From Spirochaetia bacterium (GTDB lineage Bacteria > Spirochaetota > Spirochaetia > CAKZLE01), in the NCBI GenBank assembly GCA_963677595.1, contig OY782041.1, positions 1,536,001 through 1,600,000 on the forward strand: 64,000 bases of DNA. The letters are read 5' to 3'. The notes under the pieces were generated by a model, which was not told the DNA's origin, made no database searches, and saw only the letters and a list, made by a program, of their open reading frames with translations. Shown here in pieces: positions 58,860 through 64,000 of this stretch. The translations under genes and the position numbers were made by a program. Positions within the stretch are counted from its first letter, which is position 1, and each line of letters starts with the position of its first letter.

Positions 58860-60233
58860 TCAGCTTTCTCGTTTATACTCTTTTATGGTCCTCATGAGTT
58901 TTTGGATGGTATTATCCATGGATGGGTCTGACTGTATCAGGCTCTCGATCTTCTGGCATGCATGCATGACGGTCGTGTGGTCCCTGCCGCCGAAATCATA
59001 GCCGATCTCCGTGGTCGAGTAGTCAGTCATATTGCGGGAGATATACATGGCGATCTGTCTCGGTACCGCTATTGCCCGTGTACGTTTCTTGCTGCGGAGT
59101 TCGATATAGGAGAGGTTGAAGTAATCAGCCACGGCTTTCTGGATCGTCTCTATAGCTATACTGTGGTCTCGGTTGAGGGAATACGAATCCTTGAGCTGTT
59201 CCTGGGCGATCTCGATGGTGATCTCCTTGTTGAGGAGTTTTGAGTAGGCAATGAGCTTGGTCAGGGAGGCTTCAAGGTCCCTCACGTTCGTATTGATGTT
59301 CTTGCTGATGAAGCCAAGGACATCATCGGGTATCATATAATGCGATTCCTGGGATTTCTGCCGCAGGATCGCCAGCCGTGTCTCATAGTTCGGCGGCTGG
59401 AGGTCCACATTGAGGCCCCGCTCGAACCGGCTTCGCAGGCGTGCCGCAAGTTTCTTCAATTCCGATACCGGACGGTCGCAGGTGAAGATCATCTGTTTGT
59501 TCGAGTCGTAGAGGTCGTTGAAGGTATGGAAGAGTTCTTCCTGGGTCGATTCCTTACCCTGGAGGAAGTGGATATCATCGATGAGGAGGATATCGACCTT
59601 CCGGTACTTGTTCTTGAAGGGCTGGATCTTCTTCTCACCGATGGCCTGGATGAACTCATTCGTGAATGACTCTGCCGTGACATATGCCACCTTCAGTTCC
59701 GGCAGGTGTTCTTTGATATAATTCCCTACGGACTGGATGAGGTGAGTCTTTCCCAGTCCGACACCGCCATAGATGAGGCAGGGATTGTATGCGGTTCCCG
59801 GGTTCTTCGCTATGGCCATACAGGCATTGAAGGCAAACGAGGAGTTGTCGCCCACGACGAACGAGTTGAAGGTATAGGATGAGTTCTCCAGCGTCTTTGA
59901 CTTTGGTTTCCGTGCTGCAGGGGCAGGTACTGGGGCAGCTTCCTGAATCTCTGGAAGGTCCTTGTCCTTCTTCTTCTTGACGATGATGAACTCGATCATC
60001 AGGGTGGAGCCGGCAATGTCCTGAAGGACATTCTTGATCATGTTCTCATACCGCCTGGTGACCTGGTCCTTAATGAAGGTGGACGGAACGGAGAGGACGA
60101 TCGTGTCCTCTTTTGATGAGTGGTAATCGATCCTGGAAAACCATGTGGAGAATTCCTGGGTGTTCAAGTCGATCTTGATCTGGGACAATGCTTCATTCCA
60201 GAAATCTAAAAAGTCAAACGTATTCTGATTCAT
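58860..60233 (-). CDS. dnaA: Chromosomal replication initiator DnaA
   Basis: YNPCLIYGGVGLGKTHL, LIDDI, QEELFHTFN, NVRDLE, FGGRDHTTV; start at MNQNTF (60233). Confidence 0.97.
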   Translation of the reverse strand: MNQNTFDFLDFWNEALSQIKIDLNTQEFSTWFSRIDYHSSKEDTIVLSVPSTFIKDQVTRRYENMIKNVLQDIAGSTLMIEFIIVKKKKDKDLPEIQEAAPVPAPAARKPKSKTLENSSYTFNSFVVGDNSSFAFNACMAIAKNPGTAYNPCLIYGGVGLGKTHLIQSVGNYIKEHLPELKVAYVTAESFTNEFIQAIGEKKIQPFKNKYRKVDILLIDDIHFLQGKESTQEELFHTFNDLYDSNKQMIFTCDRPVSELKKLAARLRSRFERGLNVDLQPPNYETRLAILRQKSQESHYMIPDDVLGFISKNINTNVRDLEASLTKLIAYSKLLNKEITIEIAQEQLKDSYSLNRDHSIAIETIQKAVADYFNLSYIELRSKKRTRAIAVPRQIAMYISRNMTDYSTTEIGYDFGGRDHTTVMHACQKIESLIQSDPSMDNTIQKLMRTIKEYKRES

Positions 60234-60507
60234 ACCGTGTATTCTACATGAGGTCAAATACAATGACAAGAATGGATGGATGAAAGTATCGTAATATAGG
60301 GGTGCGTCGATTTGAAAAATTCGTCTCAGTACAGTTTTTTGATGTGAATATAGTGAAATAGTAAAAACATACGATAAATTTCGTTTAAAGCCCGTTTTTG
60401 AAAAGCTCAAACAGAAAAAAACAGAAGTTGGTATTGTGTAATTTGTTTACTTTTATTACGTAAAAATGTATACTTCAGTGATCCAAATAATGATTAAGGT
60501 ATGACAT

Positions 60508-62418
60508 ATGCAAACAAATTATTCTGCTCAGGACATCCAGGTCCTGAAAGGGTTGGAAGCTGTCCGGAAACGACCAGGTATGTACATCGGTTCTACCGGT
60601 CCCGACGGCCTCCATCATCTCGTGTATGAGATCGTGGATAACAGTATTGATGAGGCGTTGGCAGGCTACTGTTCCGAGATAACCGTTACCATTGACAAGG
60701 ATGACATCATCCAGGTCATCGATAACGGCCGTGGAATACCTGTCGATATCCATCCAGTGGAGAAGATCAGTGCACTCGAGATCGTTATGACCAAACTGCA
60801 TGCCGGCGGTAAGTTCGACAAGAACAGCTACAAGGTGTCAGGTGGTCTGCACGGTGTCGGCGTCTCGGTCGTGAATGCGCTCTCTGAGTGGTGTGATGCC
60901 ACCGTCTACCTGGATAATAAGGTCCATTACCAGAAGTATGAAAGAGGGATCCCCCAGGATCCGATCAAGGTGATCGGTGATACTGAGTATCGGGGAACCC
61001 TGGTACGGTTCAAGGCTGACCCCCTCATTTTCGAGGAGACTGAATACAGTTTTGACGTCCTCGCGAACAGGCTCCGTGAACTTGCCTTCCTCAACAAGGG
61101 CATCAAGATCACGATCGTTGACAAGCGGCTTGACGAGGAGAAGAAGAAGGAGTTCCAGTTCGAGGGAGGGGTCAAATCCTTCGTGGACTACCTGAACAAG
61201 TCAAAACACCCCCTCCATCCCGAACCAATCTATTTTGAGGCAGCACGGGATAATGTCGAGGTCGAGATCGCCCTGCAGTACAATGACGGCTATTCGGAGA
61301 ACATCTTCTCCTTCGTCAACAACATCAACACCCGCGAAGGAGGTACCCACCTCGTAGGGTTCAAGGCAGCCCTTACCAGGGTGATCAATGACTACCTGAA
61401 GCAGTCGAAGCATGCAAAGAAGATCGACTACACCTTCTCAGGCGATGATGTGCGTGAGGGTATCACGGCCGTCATCTCCGCTAAGGTGCAGAACCCCCAG
61501 TTCGAGGGACAGACCAAGACGAAGCTCGGGAACTCGGAGGTCAAGGGGATCATCGAATCCCTCGTGAACCAGAAACTCTCCGACTTTTTCGACGAGTTCC
61601 CCGAGGTGATCGCGCTGATCCTCGACAAGGCAGTCCTTGCTGCCAAGGCACGGATAGCCGCACGGAAGGCACGGGACCTGACACGGAGGAAATCCTTCCT
61701 CGAGGGTTCGGGTCTTCCCGGCAAGCTGGCAGACTGCAGTGAGAAGGATCCTTCCAGGTGCGAGGTCTACATCGTCGAGGGAGACAGTGCCGGGGGCAGT
61801 GCCAAGCAGGGCCGGAACCGGGAGTTCCAGGCGATCCTCCCGCTCTGGGGAAAGATGCTCAATGTCGAGAAAGCCAGGGCAGAAAAGGTCTTAACAAATG
61901 ATAAGCTGATGCCGATCATCACTACGATCGGTGCAGGCGCCGGGAAGGAGTTCGATGTCTCGAAAGTCCGGTACCATAAGATCATCATCATGGCGGATGC
62001 CGATGTCGATGGTTCTCATATCAGGACACTGCTGCTGACCTTCTTCTTCAGGTACATGCCTGAGATGATCGAGAAAGGATATGTGTACCTCGCCATGCCT
62101 CCTTTGTATAAGATCACGTATGGAAAGAAGATAGAGTACGCGTTCGATGAGGTTGAGCGAAGGCGGATCATCAGCGAGTTCGGTATCGAGGATGAATCCA
62201 AGATCGGGATACAGCGGTATAAGGGTCTTGGTGAGATGAACCCCGGACAGCTTTGGGAGACGACGATGAATCCCGAGACCAGGAGCGTCAAACGGGTGAA
62301 GATGGAGGATGCCGTCGAGGCTGACACCATGTTCTCCATGCTCATGGGTGAAGAGGTCGAACCCCGAAGGAAATTCATAGAGGACAATGCTCTGCTGGTT
62401 TCTAACCTGGATGTATGA
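60508..62418 (+). CDS. gyrB: DNA gyrase subunit B
   Basis: [55 protein letters not shown]. Confidence 0.97.
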   Translation: MQTNYSAQDIQVLKGLEAVRKRPGMYIGSTGPDGLHHLVYEIVDNSIDEALAGYCSEITVTIDKDDIIQVIDNGRGIPVDIHPVEKISALEIVMTKLHAGGKFDKNSYKVSGGLHGVGVSVVNALSEWCDATVYLDNKVHYQKYERGIPQDPIKVIGDTEYRGTLVRFKADPLIFEETEYSFDVLANRLRELAFLNKGIKITIVDKRLDEEKKKEFQFEGGVKSFVDYLNKSKHPLHPEPIYFEAARDNVEVEIALQYNDGYSENIFSFVNNINTREGGTHLVGFKAALTRVINDYLKQSKHAKKIDYTFSGDDVREGITAVISAKVQNPQFEGQTKTKLGNSEVKGIIESLVNQKLSDFFDEFPEVIALILDKAVLAAKARIAARKARDLTRRKSFLEGSGLPGKLADCSEKDPSRCEVYIVEGDSAGGSAKQGRNREFQAILPLWGKMLNVEKARAEKVLTNDKLMPIITTIGAGAGKEFDVSKVRYHKIIIMADADVDGSHIRTLLLTFFFRYMPEMIEKGYVYLAMPPLYKITYGKKIEYAFDEVERRRIISEFGIEDESKIGIQRYKGLGEMNPGQLWETTMNPETRSVKRVKMEDAVEADTMFSMLMGEEVEPRRKFIEDNALLVSNLDV

Positions 62419-62434
62419 TAAAGGAATTGTGTAA

Positions 62435-64000
62435 GTGAGTGACAATGAGATAAGACAGAAGATAATACCGATCGCCATAGAAGATGAAATGAGGGAATCA
62501 TACCTGAACTATGCGATGTCGGTCATAGTCAGCAGGGCGCTGCCGGATGTGCGGGATGGATTGAAACCGGTCCACCGGCGTATCCTCTATTCGATGCATG
62601 AGATGGGCCTGAGGTATAACACGGCATTCAAGAAATGCGGGCGTATCGTCGGTGACGTGCTCGGTAAGTACCATCCCCACGGTGACCAGGCGATCTACGA
62701 TGCCCTGGTGCGGCTTGCCCAGGATTTCTCCATGCGGTACCCGGTCGTTCGACCGCAGGGTAACTTCGGGTCTGTGGACGGCGACCCGCCTGCAGCCATG
62801 CGATATACCGAAGCGAAGATGAACCGGATCTCCGAGGAGATGCTCCGGGACATCAACAAGGATACGATCTCCTACGGGCCGAACTACGATGATTCGATGC
62901 AGGAACCGCTGGTCCTCCCGGCTGCGATCCCGTACCTCCTCGTGAACGGCGGAAGCGGTATCGCCGTCGGTATGGCGACCAATATGGCACCCCACAACCT
63001 TATTGAGGTATGCAGTGCGATATCGGCCTATATCGCGAACCCGGATGTCACCTTCGACGAACTGACGTCGATCGTCAAGGGGCCGGACTTCCCGACCGAA
63101 GGTATCATCCATGGTCGGCGCGGTATCCTGAATGCCTATCGGACCGGGAAAGGAAAGGTCGTTGTACGGGCCCGTTATAACCTGGACACCTTGAAGAACG
63201 GGCGTGATGCTATCATCATCACCGAACTCCCATACCAGGTGAACAAGGCGAACCTGCTAAAGAAGATCGCAGACCTCGTACGGGACAAACGGGTCGAGGG
63301 TATCGCCGACATCAGGGACGAGTCAGACCGTGAAGGTATGCGTGTCGTCATCGAGCTGAAACGCACCGCCGTTCCCAAGGTGTTGCTGAACCAGCTCTTC
63401 CTCCATACCCAGATGCAGTCCAACTTCAACATCAACAACCTTGCCTTAGTAGACGGGAGGCCAAAACTCCTGTCGCTCAAGGAGATGATCTACCACTATG
63501 TGGAGCACCGGAAGGAAGTGGTCATCCGTCGTACCCAGTACGACCTGAGGAAGGCAGAGGAGCGTGCCCATATCCTCGAGGGGTTGAAGATCGCCCTCGA
63601 CAACATCGATGAGGTCATCAGGATCATCAAGGAATCGAGCAATGTGGAAGACGCGAACCTCAGCCTGATGAAGCGCTTCGGGCTTTCCGAACTCCAGGCT
63701 AAGGCGATCCTTGACATGAGGCTCCAGAAGCTGACCAGTCTCGAGACCCAGAAGATCTCGGATGAACTCGAGGAACTCAAGGGGAAGATTGCATACTACA
63801 AGGATCTCCTGAGCAGCGACCAGAAGATCCTCGGCGTTGTCGACCAGGAGATCAAGGAGGTCTCGGAGAAGTACGGCGATGAGCGACGGACCGAGATCAT
63901 CAATGAAGAGATCGGCGAGATGGTCATGGAAGACCTCATCAAGGAAGAGAACGTTGTGGTCGTCGTCTCGAACAAGGGGTTCATCAAGCGTGTGCCCTCA
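62435..64000 (+). CDS. gyrA: DNA gyrase subunit A (3'-truncated by window edge)
   Basis: GTG start; [43 protein letters not shown] catalytic Tyr; frame open to window end. Confidence 0.96.
   Translation, partial: MSDNEIRQKIIPIAIEDEMRESYLNYAMSVIVSRALPDVRDGLKPVHRRILYSMHEMGLRYNTAFKKCGRIVGDVLGKYHPHGDQAIYDALVRLAQDFSMRYPVVRPQGNFGSVDGDPPAAMRYTEAKMNRISEEMLRDINKDTISYGPNYDDSMQEPLVLPAAIPYLLVNGGSGIAVGMATNMAPHNLIEVCSAISAYIANPDVTFDELTSIVKGPDFPTEGIIHGRRGILNAYRTGKGKVVVRARYNLDTLKNGRDAIIITELPYQVNKANLLKKIADLVRDKRVEGIADIRDESDREGMRVVIELKRTAVPKVLLNQLFLHTQMQSNFNINNLALVDGRPKLLSLKEMIYHYVEHRKEVVIRRTQYDLRKAEERAHILEGLKIALDNIDEVIRIIKESSNVEDANLSLMKRFGLSELQAKAILDMRLQKLTSLETQKISDELEELKGKIAYYKDLLSSDQKILGVVDQEIKEVSEKYGDERRTEIINEEIGEMVMEDLIKEENVVVVVSNKGFIKRVPS

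Noticed and set aside
60234-60410. 59-aa N-terminal extension of DnaA in the ORF track
   Set aside because: AT-rich promoter DNA; DnaA domain I similarity begins at MNQNTF, which has its own -35/-10 directly upstream
1-64000. CRISPR arrays, tRNA/rRNA genes, cobalamin or SAM riboswitches
   Set aside because: No spaced repeat arrays or tRNA/rRNA motifs seen; the cob operon 5' end is outside the window and the metK leader shows no recognisable SAM-I core

Overview
A 64-kb, GC-rich chromosomal segment, most likely from a free-living spirochaete. This assignment is inferred from the divergent gyrB-gyrA / dnaA-dnaN-recF-dciA-rpmH-rnpA-yidC-jag layout, the C-terminally extended L34, the Asp-type MurA and a spirochaetal-type lipobox. 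The window holds the late cobalamin operon (cobQ, cbiB, cobD, cobU, cobT, cobS, cobC), many housekeeping genes and the replication origin (dnaA-dnaN gap with DnaA-trios and DnaA boxes). There are four accessory elements: (1) a 7.5-kb AT-richer sugar-uptake island with no integrase, bracketed by a ~127-bp duplication of the 3' end of a DUF401 gene; (2) a decayed DUF6932-like nucleotidyltransferase gene paired with an XRE-HTH/ImmA-IrrE protease gene; (3) an IS1634-family element flanked by a 298-bp direct repeat whose copies differ like alleles; (4) a RelE/HigA-type toxin-antitoxin pair inside the origin gene cluster, with a frameshifted toxin. Non-coding highlights are a second DnaA-box cluster about 14 kb from oriC and a recurrent leaderless promoter architecture (-35, 17 bp, -10, 5-8 nt, start codon) in front of about a dozen genes including dnaA and murA. 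No rRNA, tRNA or CRISPR array was seen. All product calls come from motif recognition by eye, not database searches.
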